A stretch of DNA of 64,000 nt. Source: a bacterium. GTDB lineage: Bacteria; Armatimonadota; Zipacnadia; Zipacnadales; Zipacnadaceae. Below the pieces are notes generated by a model. The model made no database searches. It was not told the origin of the DNA and was given only the letters and a program-made list of their open reading frames with translations. This document shows, in pieces, positions 9,740 through 18,192 of the stretch (the first letter of the stretch is position 1; each line of letters begins with the position of its first letter). Where the stretch lies: assembly GCA_030615605.1 (NCBI GenBank), contig JAUWYY010000011.1:3037-67036 (forward strand), read 5' to 3'. A program made the position numbers and the translations under genes.

Positions 9740-10533
9740 TGGCTGTTGTGGGTCAGGCACAGGGGACGCTGCTGCGTGGTGGGAGGCCAAAATACTCCCA
9801 GTACGAGCCAGCTATTTGGGTACGCCAGCGTATTGCCGACAAAGAAGTACGTTTCCCTTGTGGGGCCACACAGAACATCAAGGAACTTCTCCCTAACCTT
9901 GGCTATTGCGGCCGGTTCATTTCCTTGACTCTCTTCGACCATATTGAAGTAGAGTACCCCCAACTCCCAATCCTCGACCATCAACGTATGGGTGCCCTTG
10001 CAGTTGTAGTCATCACACCGGAACACATATTGGAACTTGTAGGGAAGCTTCTGCAGCGGCTTACGATCCGGACCGAACAGCATATACTGATGGAGCCTCT
10101 CACGGTCCTTTGAAGACCAATCTCTTGCCACGGGTGTGCATTTCAGATCCAGTACCTCCGCAGGCTTGACAATCCCCAATGATCGGCCCTGCTCAGTCAG
10201 GCGCTCGATGGATTGGCTGAGCCATGGGAGGACTATTCGCCTCCGTTCTGCCCATCCATTGGCCGTGTCAATGGGCCGGCCAACGAGGCTGATTGATTCA
10301 CTATCAGGGAGATAGGTCTCTTCACGAGAATCTTTGGGGTTCCTTACTGCATCGACTTCTATCCATTGGTATTTGCGATACTGCTGACCATAGGGGAGGT
10401 ATCTGAATCGGACCGGATATAGGCGAACAAACCCTAGTCCTGGGCTGACACCGGCTGTGCACACCAACTCATCATATCTCTCTGAGACCACCGGGTAGGT
10501 CTTGACGGTAATAAGCACTCTCAGATGTGGCAT
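9736..10533 (-). CDS. Hypothetical 265-aa protein with no family I can name; downstream partner of the DUF488 fusion gene
   Basis: The ORF is uninterrupted and sits 9 nt after the upstream stop on the same strand. It contains a C-x5-C-x3-H patch (FRCDDYNCKGTHTL) and has no signal peptide or TM segment. Local GC is lower than in the flanking genes. Confidence 0.6.
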   Translation of the reverse strand: MPHLRVLITVKTYPVVSERYDELVCTAGVSPGLGFVRLYPVRFRYLPYGQQYRKYQWIEVDAVRNPKDSREETYLPDSESISLVGRPIDTANGWAERRRIVLPWLSQSIERLTEQGRSLGIVKPAEVLDLKCTPVARDWSSKDRERLHQYMLFGPDRKPLQKLPYKFQYVFRCDDYNCKGTHTLMVEDWELGVLYFNMVEESQGNEPAAIAKVREKFLDVLCGPTRETYFFVGNTLAYPNSWLVLGVFWPPTTQQRPLCLTHNSH

Positions 10534-10542
10534 CAGTTGCTC

Positions 10543-11418
10543 CTATAGATGCAGGACCGGGAGGCCGGCGATATCGGCTATGATGTCGGCCAGAACACTG
10601 CGATGACATTCTGAAGGATCTGCCTCAAGGCAGAGCAGTGCGAAGGGGTGAGCAGTAAGTTTCTCAGCGATCGCCCGGACAAGGGGCAATTCGGATTCAG
10701 TGATACGCTTGCGGTAGGCGGCAAACAGCTCTTTGCGCGCGAGGGCACTCTGCGAGTTATTGCGTTCGTCGCTAGCGATCCCCAGTGCAGGGTGGATAGA
10801 ATAAGACAGGCCAAGTCTTTCGAGGTGTTGTGATAGGGTACTGCCATGAAATCCATAGCGGCGCGACAAAGGTGTAGCTCGCACATCGGCCACACCAGCC
10901 AGCCCTTTGCGGAGAAGAAGATTCAGTACGCTGTCTATACTTTTCCCAGAATATCCAAGGGTGTAGACGGCTGGTTCCGCGGCAGGCTTGCTTACCGGAG
11001 CTTCAACGAGGTCGGACCGCTCACTCAAAAGTGAAAACCAGGGGTACTGGCGGTAGGTGTACGTCAGCAGATGTTCATGCGACCAGCCGCCGTACTTACG
11101 CACTATCTCCCGCACAGCCATATTGGTGCCCGAGGAAAGACTGGCGTGCAGCCCGCTGGCTGTTTCGATGCCAGATTTACCCTCCGCAACTAGTCTGGCG
11201 TCTACAAGCTTCTGAATATCGCGATATGCAACGAATGAAAACGCGCCATACTGATAGGGAAGAAAGTCGTAGGGCGAGTTGTCCAGCCCCCACTCAGTCT
11301 CGTTCGCCAGAAGAAAGAGCCACTTCATCAAACACGTCTTGCGCGCACGGGCACCGTTTTCGGTTAGGAACTGGAGGATCAGGCGTCTTCCCATTGTAAG
11401 CCTGGGAAGCTTGTTCAT
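10543..11418 (-). CDS. Fusion protein: SocA/Panacea (DUF4065)-like N-terminal domain + DUF488 C-terminal domain
   Basis: The C-terminal half matches the DUF488 pattern (VYTLGYSGKSID...VADVRATPLSRRYGF...ALLCLEADPSECHRSVLA). The N-terminal segment KWLFLLANE...YDFLPYQYGAFSFVAYRDIQKLV resembles DUF4065. The ATG at 11416-11418 is preceded by GGAGG. Confidence 0.75.
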   Translation of the reverse strand: MNKLPRLTMGRRLILQFLTENGARARKTCLMKWLFLLANETEWGLDNSPYDFLPYQYGAFSFVAYRDIQKLVDARLVAEGKSGIETASGLHASLSSGTNMAVREIVRKYGGWSHEHLLTYTYRQYPWFSLLSERSDLVEAPVSKPAAEPAVYTLGYSGKSIDSVLNLLLRKGLAGVADVRATPLSRRYGFHGSTLSQHLERLGLSYSIHPALGIASDERNNSQSALARKELFAAYRKRITESELPLVRAIAEKLTAHPFALLCLEADPSECHRSVLADIIADIAGLPVLHL

Positions 11419-11475
11419 TGTAACCTCCGCCTCTAACTGCGGTGTTGTGCTGCGATTGGCGGAACCTTTGTCAAT

Positions 11476-11484
11476 ATTATAACA
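11476..11484 (-). promoter_or_regulatory. Candidate extended -10 promoter (TGTTATAAT) for the DUF488 cassette
   Basis: The minus strand reads TGTTATAAT within an AT-rich 80-nt spacer between the rlmN stop and the cassette start. The -35 element is poor. Confidence 0.3.
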
Positions 11485-11507
11485 CAACCACCGAAAGAAT
11501 ACTATAA

Positions 11508-12533
11508 TTACCGGCGTATATGTGGCTGTCGCTGGCGCAGTTGGCCGCAGGCTGCGTCTATCTCCGTTCCCTTGCTGTAGCGTACGCTGGCATTGATGCC
11601 CTTGTGCCGCAGTTGTACACAGAATCGGTCTACGCGCCTGGGGGTTGGTCGCCGAAAGTTGGCGTGGCCTACTGCGTTGAAGGGAATGATGTTGACGTGG
11701 TGTCGCAGGTCACCAACCAATTCGGCCAGGCGGCTGGCCTGCTCCAGGGAGTCATTGACGTCCGCCATCAGCACATACTCGAAGGTAACGGGCTGTCCGC
11801 CGGTTACTCGCGTAAAGTACTGGCAGGCTGCCAGCAGTTCTGTAATACTCCAGCGTGCGGCACCGGGCATTAGCTCCTGGCGCTGGCAGTCGGTGACGGC
11901 GTTCAGTGATACGGCAAGCTCCACCCCCAGATTCATATCTGCCAGCCTGCGTATGCCCGGCACCAGCCCCGCGGTAGAGACTGTTATGTGGCCGGGTGAT
12001 AGGTCAAGCGTGTGGGGATCGGTAAAGCGCCGGATGGCCGCGACCACATTGTCCAGATTTGCCAGCGGCTCGCCTACCCCCATAAAGACAATGTTACGCG
12101 GCTTGTGGGTGACTCGCTGGACTGCGACTTGTTGACCAACTATCTCTCCAGTAGTCAGATTCCGCCCCACGCTTCCGAGCGCCGAAGCACAAAACAGGCA
12201 GCCCATCGCGCAGCCGACCTGACTGGACAGGCAAAAGGTATAGTAGGTGTCCATTGGGATGCTTACGCACTCCACCTGGACCTCATCCGGATACTCTAGC
12301 AGATACTTGGTCGTCGGCTGGCCGGCAGATTTCACTATGCGGGGACAATCGAGCTGAAACCGAGCGGCCAATGCTTGCTGCAGCGGATGGGGGAGGGTGG
12401 TCATCTTTGCGAAGTCGGCTGCACCGTGATGGTAAATCCACTCAAATATCTGGTCGGCACGGTATCGCGGCTCGCCGCAGTCGGCCAACCATTGGACCAA
12501 CTGTTGGTGACTCAGTTCGTAGAATAGCTCCAT
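11508..12533 (-). CDS. rlmN: 23S rRNA (adenine2503-C2)-methyltransferase, radical SAM
   Basis: YRADQIFEWIY is present at the N-terminus. The radical-SAM cluster motif reads GCAMGCLFCAS. The length is 341 aa. Confidence 0.9.
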   Translation of the reverse strand: MELFYELSHQQLVQWLADCGEPRYRADQIFEWIYHHGAADFAKMTTLPHPLQQALAARFQLDCPRIVKSAGQPTTKYLLEYPDEVQVECVSIPMDTYYTFCLSSQVGCAMGCLFCASALGSVGRNLTTGEIVGQQVAVQRVTHKPRNIVFMGVGEPLANLDNVVAAIRRFTDPHTLDLSPGHITVSTAGLVPGIRRLADMNLGVELAVSLNAVTDCQRQELMPGAARWSITELLAACQYFTRVTGGQPVTFEYVLMADVNDSLEQASRLAELVGDLRHHVNIIPFNAVGHANFRRPTPRRVDRFCVQLRHKGINASVRYSKGTEIDAACGQLRQRQPHIRR

Positions 12534-12652
12534 GTTAATTCCTCGGGCTCATTGTAGCATAGAAACTACCTCTGGTGTACCAATTTGTTGAAACGGCCAT
12601 TTGCAGCTACCCACGTTCTGGAGAATAATGGCAGAAAGAGCCGCTGCGCCAA

Positions 12653-12681
12653 TTGACGATTTCTACATCTCTGGGTATAAT
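12653..12681 (+). promoter_or_regulatory. Sigma70-type promoter for cysE (TTGACG-17 nt-TATAAT)
   Basis: TTGACG lies at 12653-12658 and TATAAT at 12676-12681, with an exact 17-nt spacer. Confidence 0.6.
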
Positions 12682-12699
12682 AGCACCATTCCAGTTAAT

Positions 12700-12732
12700 G
12701 ACCGCAGCCAGCGGCCGGTTTGCGGTCTTTTT
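12700..12732 (+). terminator. Terminator-like hairpin inside the cysE leader (possible attenuator)
   Basis: GACCGCA (12700-12706) pairs with TGCGGTC (12721-12727) and is followed by TTTTT (12728-12732). The hairpin lies between the promoter and the cysE ATG at 12753. Confidence 0.4.
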
Positions 12733-12752
12733 GGCAAGTAGGGGCAAGGCTT

Positions 12753-13448
12753 ATGTTTAAGACATTGTGCAGAGACATTCAGGCCGCGCGCGAGCGTGAC
12801 CCGGCGGCGCGTAGCAATCTGGAGATTCTGTTGTGCTACAGCGGCGTGCATGCAATTATCGCCCATCGCGTCATCCACCGGCTATGGCAGTGGAAGTTGC
12901 GGCTGCTGGCGCGCTGGCTTTCTCAAGTTTCCAAGTTTTTCACCAACATCGAGATACATCCAGGGGCTGTGATTGGCCAGGAGTTTTTCATTGACCACGG
13001 CACCGGCACTGTTATTGGTGAGACCAGCGAGATTGGCGACGGTGTTACCCTCTTTCAGGGCGTCACTCTTGGCGGGACCGGCAGGCAGACCGGCAAGCGC
13101 CATCCCACCCTGGAAGACAACGTCACCGTGGGAGCCCACGCCCAGATTCTGGGTTCAATTACTATCGGCGAATGCTCTGTGGTGGGCGCTGGGGCGGTGG
13201 TGGTAGACGATATTCCGCCGTACTGCACCGTCGTAGGTAGCAAGGCCTACGTGGCGCGCCGCGACGGTCAGCGCATCTATGATTTCCACCACGAGCGGGC
13301 TTTGCATGCCAAGGACCCGGAAATGCAGCAGCTCCTGGATCGGATTAAGCAGTTGGAAGAAGAAATCTCCACGCTCAAGGCCCAATGTGAGATGTATAGG
13401 CAACAGTGGGCAACTGGCCGCACCGAATGCAGTCCGGAAGAACAATAA
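12753..13448 (+). CDS. cysE: Serine O-acetyltransferase
   Basis: It has [12 protein letters not shown] and hexapeptide repeats [41 protein letters not shown]...[21 protein letters not shown] prefer the ATG at 12753 over the TTG at 12720. Confidence 0.85.
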   Translation: MFKTLCRDIQAARERDPAARSNLEILLCYSGVHAIIAHRVIHRLWQWKLRLLARWLSQVSKFFTNIEIHPGAVIGQEFFIDHGTGTVIGETSEIGDGVTLFQGVTLGGTGRQTGKRHPTLEDNVTVGAHAQILGSITIGECSVVGAGAVVVDDIPPYCTVVGSKAYVARRDGQRIYDFHHERALHAKDPEMQQLLDRIKQLEEEISTLKAQCEMYRQQWATGRTECSPEEQ

Positions 13449-13482
13449 TCGCGTGGCAGTAGTCTAAGCAGATAGCGAGCGA

Positions 13483-14928
13483 ATGTCGCAGATGAACAAC
13501 GAAGGTCGGCGCAAAATACTGAAACGGATCGGAATTGCCTTGGGCATAGTCGTGGTACTGGCCGTGGCCGTACTAGTATTGTTGGCAGTAAGTGCTCAAC
13601 GATTCCAGGCCACCGATGAGATCGCCGCCAACGTGAGCATAGCGGGAGTAGACGTTAGCGGGCTTACTGCCACCGAGGCGCAGGCCAGGCTGGAAAGCCG
13701 GTTGTTGCCCTCGCTACCGGCCGAAGTGGACTTAATCCATCCCAATGGCACATATACCACCAGCCGCGAGGAGTTGGGTGTAGCAGTGTTGCCGGACGAG
13801 GCTGTCAGGGAGGCTATGCGAGTCGGGCGTACCGGCAGCCTGTTGGAACGGATTCAGACGAGGCTACGTCTGTGGCGCTACGGCCGCGATGTTCGCATCC
13901 CCGTCTGGGTGGACCAACGCCGACTGCAGCAGACCCTCGAAGAGATTGCCGCCCAGATAGACTGCGAAGCGGTGGATGCTCAAATCCAGGTAACTGACGA
14001 TGAACAGGTCGAGAAAGCCCCCGGCAAGGTGGGTGTCACTCTGCAGATCAATGAAAGCCAAGCTGCTTTGCAGACGGCTCTGTCGGATCCGCTACAGCGG
14101 GTCGTAGAGCTTGTGGTGGTGGCTCAACCTCCCAGCATAAGCATTGAGGATTTGGAGAGTATTGAGGTGGTCCTGGGCAGCTACAGTACCCCATTCAATC
14201 CGGGACAGGTCAGTCGGAGCCACAACCTGCGGCTGGCTATCGCGCGCGTTAACAACACAGTGGTGCAGCCTGGCGAGGAGTTTTCACTGAATGAGACTGT
14301 GGGGCCGCGCTCGGCTAAGACTGGCTACCGGATAGCTCCGATCTTCCGCAACAACGAGGTTGTTCCCGGGATCGGTGGCGGCGTCTGTCAGGTGTCCACC
14401 ACTACCTACAATGTCGCCCTGCTAGCCAATATGGAGATGATTGAGCGACGCTCCCACTCTCGACCTGTCGCGTACTGTCCGACCGGGCGAGATGCCACTG
14501 TAGTTTACGGCCAAACTGATATGCGGTTCAAAAACTCCCTGAACCACCCCATTTTGATTCTCGGCGGAGGTGAGGGAAACCGGCTGTGGGCCAAGATATT
14601 GGGCAAAGCCGAGGACGACTATGATGTTAAGCTCATTCGCACCGGTCTGCGCCGCAGCGGTCATGCCACGAAGGAAGTGCCCGACCCCGAACTGGAGGAG
14701 GGCAAGCAGGAAATTGAGACTGAGGGGCGCGACGGTCTGCGTGTCACTCTCATCCGAGAAGTATACAGCAAAGACGACGAGCTGATTGACCGCCAGACTA
14801 TGCACAATGACGTCTATCCTGCCCAGACCGAGATAGTGCGCGTGGGCACCAAGCCGACCGCGGCCGAGCTGACTCCCGCTGATCAAAGCAGCTCGCCAGG
14901 GCTACTGTTGTCACCAATTGAACCTTGA
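13483..14928 (+). CDS. VanW-family protein with N-terminal TM anchor and G5-like C-terminal domain
   Basis: The VanW core is VVQPGEEFSLNETVGPRSAKTGYRIAP...GGGVCQVSTTTYNVALLA...RPVAYCPTGRDATV. A G5-like segment ETEGRDGLRVTLIREVY...TEIVRVGTK follows. Confidence 0.8.
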   Translation: MSQMNNEGRRKILKRIGIALGIVVVLAVAVLVLLAVSAQRFQATDEIAANVSIAGVDVSGLTATEAQARLESRLLPSLPAEVDLIHPNGTYTTSREELGVAVLPDEAVREAMRVGRTGSLLERIQTRLRLWRYGRDVRIPVWVDQRRLQQTLEEIAAQIDCEAVDAQIQVTDDEQVEKAPGKVGVTLQINESQAALQTALSDPLQRVVELVVVAQPPSISIEDLESIEVVLGSYSTPFNPGQVSRSHNLRLAIARVNNTVVQPGEEFSLNETVGPRSAKTGYRIAPIFRNNEVVPGIGGGVCQVSTTTYNVALLANMEMIERRSHSRPVAYCPTGRDATVVYGQTDMRFKNSLNHPILILGGGEGNRLWAKILGKAEDDYDVKLIRTGLRRSGHATKEVPDPELEEGKQEIETEGRDGLRVTLIREVYSKDDELIDRQTMHNDVYPAQTEIVRVGTKPTAAELTPADQSSSPGLLLSPIEP

Positions 14929-15025
14929 GTAGTCCGGCTGTCATCGTGCAGTCCAACTGCCAGTTGCTTTCCAACTCCCCTGATTACCGCTATAATTCTC
15001 TTGATTCTGCCAGGCACGTAGCCTC

Positions 15026-16732
15026 ATGGATGCCGCGTTGAGGAACAATCAGATGCCGGACGATTCCGACAAAACTAAACCCGAAGCCGAAGCTGCTCAG
15101 TCCGAGGAAGCAAGCCCTGGCCGCCAGGGCCTGGCTGCTGCCGCCGGTCTGATGGTGACCGCAGTATTCCTCAGCGCCGTTACCGGACTGATCCGTGTTA
15201 TGCTGCTGAACTGGCGGTTCGGGATTGAGGGCGAGGTAAACGCCTATGTGCAGGCCTTCCGCATACCGGATTTCATCTACTTTCTGATGGCCGGTGGGGC
15301 GCTGCGCACTGGTTTCGTGCCGGTGTTCACCGAGTATATAGCCAAGAACAGGGCAGCGCAGGCCTGGAAGACGTTTAGCTCGACACTGTGGCTGCTGGTC
15401 ATCTTCGGTACTATCCTGACGGGACTGGGCATGCTCTTTGCACCGCACCTGGCCAAGGTTGTGGCTCCAGGCTGGGTGGACAGCCATCCCGATCTGCTCG
15501 ACCTGTGCGTATGGATTATGCGGGTGATGTTCCCCGCCCAGATCTTCTTCGTCATCGGCGGACTGCTGATGGGTACGCTCAATGCTCTGAAGCATTTCCT
15601 GTGGCCGGCCGCCGGGCCGATAATCTACAACCTGGTGATTATCAGCGCCATCCTGCTGGCACCGATGCTCTGGGGAGTGTCCACACTGGCTTATGCAGTG
15701 CTGCTGGGAGCGCTGCTGGGCAGCCTGCTGGTTCAGATCCCGCCCCTGCGGAGGCTGGGGGGCCGACTGCTGATGCTGTTTGATCCCGGCGACGAGGGGA
15801 TGCACCGGGTCATCAAGCTGGCTCTGCCGATCGTCTTCGGGTTGGCCGTAGCTGAGATTAACCTGATCATCACTACGGCCCTGGCGACCAAAGTGGATCC
15901 CACTCACGGCCCGATGATCCTGGAAGATGCCAATCGGCTCTGGAAGCTGCCTACCCGGATGTTCGGAGCGGGCATTGCTATTGCCCTGTTTCCCACGCTG
16001 ACCGAGCACTACGCGACAGGCGCTTTGGCTGCCTTTCGGCGCGATTTCTCGTTTGGAATGCGTAATACCCTCTTCCTGGTGGTGCCCTCGGCGGTGGGCA
16101 TGATGGTGCTGCGCTATCCGATCGTTCGTCTCTTGTTCGAGCGTGGACAGTTCACTTCCGATGATACCAAGCTAGTTGCCAGCGCCTTATTGTGGTTTGG
16201 CCCCGGCATAGTGGGCCTGGCGGCGGTTTACATCCTGGCCCGGACCTTCTACGCGCGCCATGATACGGTAACGCCGGTGTGGGTGGGAGCTATATCCATC
16301 GGCATCTGCCTGGCAGCAGCTCTGCCCCTGATGCGGGCAATGCAAGTCTCGGGGCTGGCCCTGGCCACCTCAGTGAGCGCTATTGCCAATGCCACGATGC
16401 TTATGTGGATTTTGCACAGGCGGGTAGCAGGACTGGTCGAGCCGCAAATGGTGCGCAGCATGGCCAAGCTGGTGCTCCCCACTGCCGCGCTAGGCGTGAC
16501 CTGTTGGGGGACAATGATCGCCTCGCAGCACTACTTGGGTACGGCCAGCCTGGCTGCTCGACTCGTCAATGTGCTGCTACCGATGAGCCTGGGCACAGTG
16601 GCCTTCATCGGCCTGGCCGCGCTGCTGAAGATGGACGAACTGCGCTCGGCCTGGCGCTTGATTAGGCGCCGCTTCCGTGGACGGGGCACCCCGCAGCCCG
16701 CCGAAGATATCCAGGCCAGCGACGGAATGTGA
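15026..16732 (+). CDS. murJ: Lipid II flippase MurJ/MviN
   Basis: The protein is polytopic and 568 aa long. It carries the MurJ-typical segment GLIRVMLLNWRFGIEGEVNAYVQAFRIPDFIYFLMAGGALRTGFVPVFTEY. Confidence 0.85.
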   Translation: MDAALRNNQMPDDSDKTKPEAEAAQSEEASPGRQGLAAAAGLMVTAVFLSAVTGLIRVMLLNWRFGIEGEVNAYVQAFRIPDFIYFLMAGGALRTGFVPVFTEYIAKNRAAQAWKTFSSTLWLLVIFGTILTGLGMLFAPHLAKVVAPGWVDSHPDLLDLCVWIMRVMFPAQIFFVIGGLLMGTLNALKHFLWPAAGPIIYNLVIISAILLAPMLWGVSTLAYAVLLGALLGSLLVQIPPLRRLGGRLLMLFDPGDEGMHRVIKLALPIVFGLAVAEINLIITTALATKVDPTHGPMILEDANRLWKLPTRMFGAGIAIALFPTLTEHYATGALAAFRRDFSFGMRNTLFLVVPSAVGMMVLRYPIVRLLFERGQFTSDDTKLVASALLWFGPGIVGLAAVYILARTFYARHDTVTPVWVGAISIGICLAAALPLMRAMQVSGLALATSVSAIANATMLMWILHRRVAGLVEPQMVRSMAKLVLPTAALGVTCWGTMIASQHYLGTASLAARLVNVLLPMSLGTVAFIGLAALLKMDELRSAWRLIRRRFRGRGTPQPAEDIQASDGM

Positions 16733-16749
16733 CCAGGGGAAGCTAAGCT

Positions 16750-17637
16750 ATGGTTCCAGTGAAGACAGTTTTGGATACCGACATTGGCACCGACGTTGAT
16801 GACGCGCTGGCGCTGGCGTTGGCGCTGAACAGTCCGGAGATTGAGCTGCTGGCGATAACCGTCGTGAGCACCGAGGTGAAACTGCGCAGCCGTCTGGCCG
16901 CTAAAGTAGTGAAGACTTGGGGCTGCGGCGATATATCAGTCGCCGCCGGGCGGCCTGATACCTTCGATGGCCGCACTGTCTTTGCCAATCCCGTCAATCA
17001 GCAGGCCGTGCTGACAGCCGATGATCCTGCACCGCCCGGGAATGGCATTGATCTGATGATTGAGGCTATTCAATCCCATCCCGGCGAGGTAACACTGGTC
17101 TCAATCGGCCAGTTGACCAACGTGGCGGCCGCCTTTAACCAGGCTCCGGAACTGACCGAACAGGTACAGCGCCTGGTGATGATGGCAGGCGCAGTAGAGC
17201 ACGAGCGTAAGATCGAGTATAATGTCAGGTGTGATCCGGCCGCCGCCGCGTATGTATTTGACCTGCCCGTCGAGAAGATTCTAATCCCGCTGGATGTCAC
17301 CACCCGCTGCAAATATCGTGAGCAGTATCATGCCGAACTGGTTAGCGCAAAGGCCAAACATTCTGCGCTAATCTGGGAGATGATCCAGGCCTGGCAGCAG
17401 GCCACCGGCCGTAGCGAGCCAATCCTGCACGACCCGCTGGCAGTAGCCGTCTCATTTATGCCCGAGTTGGTGACACTGGAGCCGATGTGCTTGACAGTGG
17501 CGACAGAGCCCAGCGAGACAACTGAAATCGGCCAGATTATCCCAGGCAACGGGCAACCGAACTTGCAGGTGGCAACCGACGTTGACGTCGAGCGGTTTGA
17601 GAGCTTGTTTGCCGAAAGGCTTAGCACGAGGGGGTAG
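16750..17637 (+). CDS. Nucleoside hydrolase (inosine/uridine-preferring family)
   Basis: The N-terminal signature is VLDTDIGTDVDDALALALAL. The length is 295 aa. Confidence 0.85.
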   Translation: MVPVKTVLDTDIGTDVDDALALALALNSPEIELLAITVVSTEVKLRSRLAAKVVKTWGCGDISVAAGRPDTFDGRTVFANPVNQQAVLTADDPAPPGNGIDLMIEAIQSHPGEVTLVSIGQLTNVAAAFNQAPELTEQVQRLVMMAGAVEHERKIEYNVRCDPAAAAYVFDLPVEKILIPLDVTTRCKYREQYHAELVSAKAKHSALIWEMIQAWQQATGRSEPILHDPLAVAVSFMPELVTLEPMCLTVATEPSETTEIGQIIPGNGQPNLQVATDVDVERFESLFAERLSTRG

Positions 17638-17649
17638 GAGGTCAGCACT

Positions 17650-18036
17650 ATGCCCTGGAAGTCTCACCTGCCCACAGAAGGTCTATTGGGAACGCTTGCT
17701 CGGGTCATCTTTGGCCCCCTAGAGTGGGCGGCAACCAGTCCTTTGGCCGTCATTGTGGTGCCAGCATGGGTTGTACTCCTGCTGTTGGGGGCCACGATGT
17801 CATTCCGGGACTACCATCGTACCGGGTTGAGGTCATGGCGTTCCTGTGCGCTCTTCTTCGCTTTCGCGAGCATCAACCAAGCGCTAGGTTTTGTCGGTCT
17901 GCGGCTATCCGATAGCATGGTTCCTAGTGGGACACTACCCGGGGTTCTATTGGGGCTGGGCCACGCGGCGGGGATAATCTCTGCCGTGTACCTTGGCTTT
18001 GTAGCCTTTGGTCACCGTGATGAACGCGTCGGCTGA
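17650..18036 (+). CDS. Small hypothetical membrane protein
   Basis: 128-aa ORF with 3-4 hydrophobic segments. It starts 12 nt after the preceding stop. I recognise no motif. Confidence 0.45.
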   Translation: MPWKSHLPTEGLLGTLARVIFGPLEWAATSPLAVIVVPAWVVLLLLGATMSFRDYHRTGLRSWRSCALFFAFASINQALGFVGLRLSDSMVPSGTLPGVLLGLGHAAGIISAVYLGFVAFGHRDERVG

Positions 18037-18192
18037 GTAAGACCCCTTAGCTTGAAGACACATAGGCATGAGGCTTACTAAACTTTTCGGCCAAAAAGTT
18101 TAATAAGCCACTCGCAAACTAAAGTTAAGTTTAATTGCAAGTTTTGTCCACCCTTTAAGGACAGTTTTGTCGCAGTTATTCAATAGGCAACC

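Noticed and set aside
14990-16009. The track lists a long 339-aa ORF antisense to murJ. Similar long antisense ORFs occur at 509-1078, 8285-9088, 19027-19707, 22526-23176, 33130-33780, 39188-40006, 42142-42927, 46575-47288, 54469-55131 and 59314-60087.
   Set aside because: Each lies fully inside a strongly supported gene on the opposite strand. Their compositions are biased (His/Gln/Arg/Pro-rich) with no recognisable motifs. This is the expected artefact of high-GC DNA.
18044-18059. The exact 16-mer CCCTTAGCTTGAAGAC occurs upstream of lepA and again at 35307-35322 upstream of icd.
   Set aside because: One exact 16-mer repeat is about what chance predicts in 64 kb. The distances to the two start codons differ greatly (~135 nt versus 15 nt), so a shared regulatory role is not supported.
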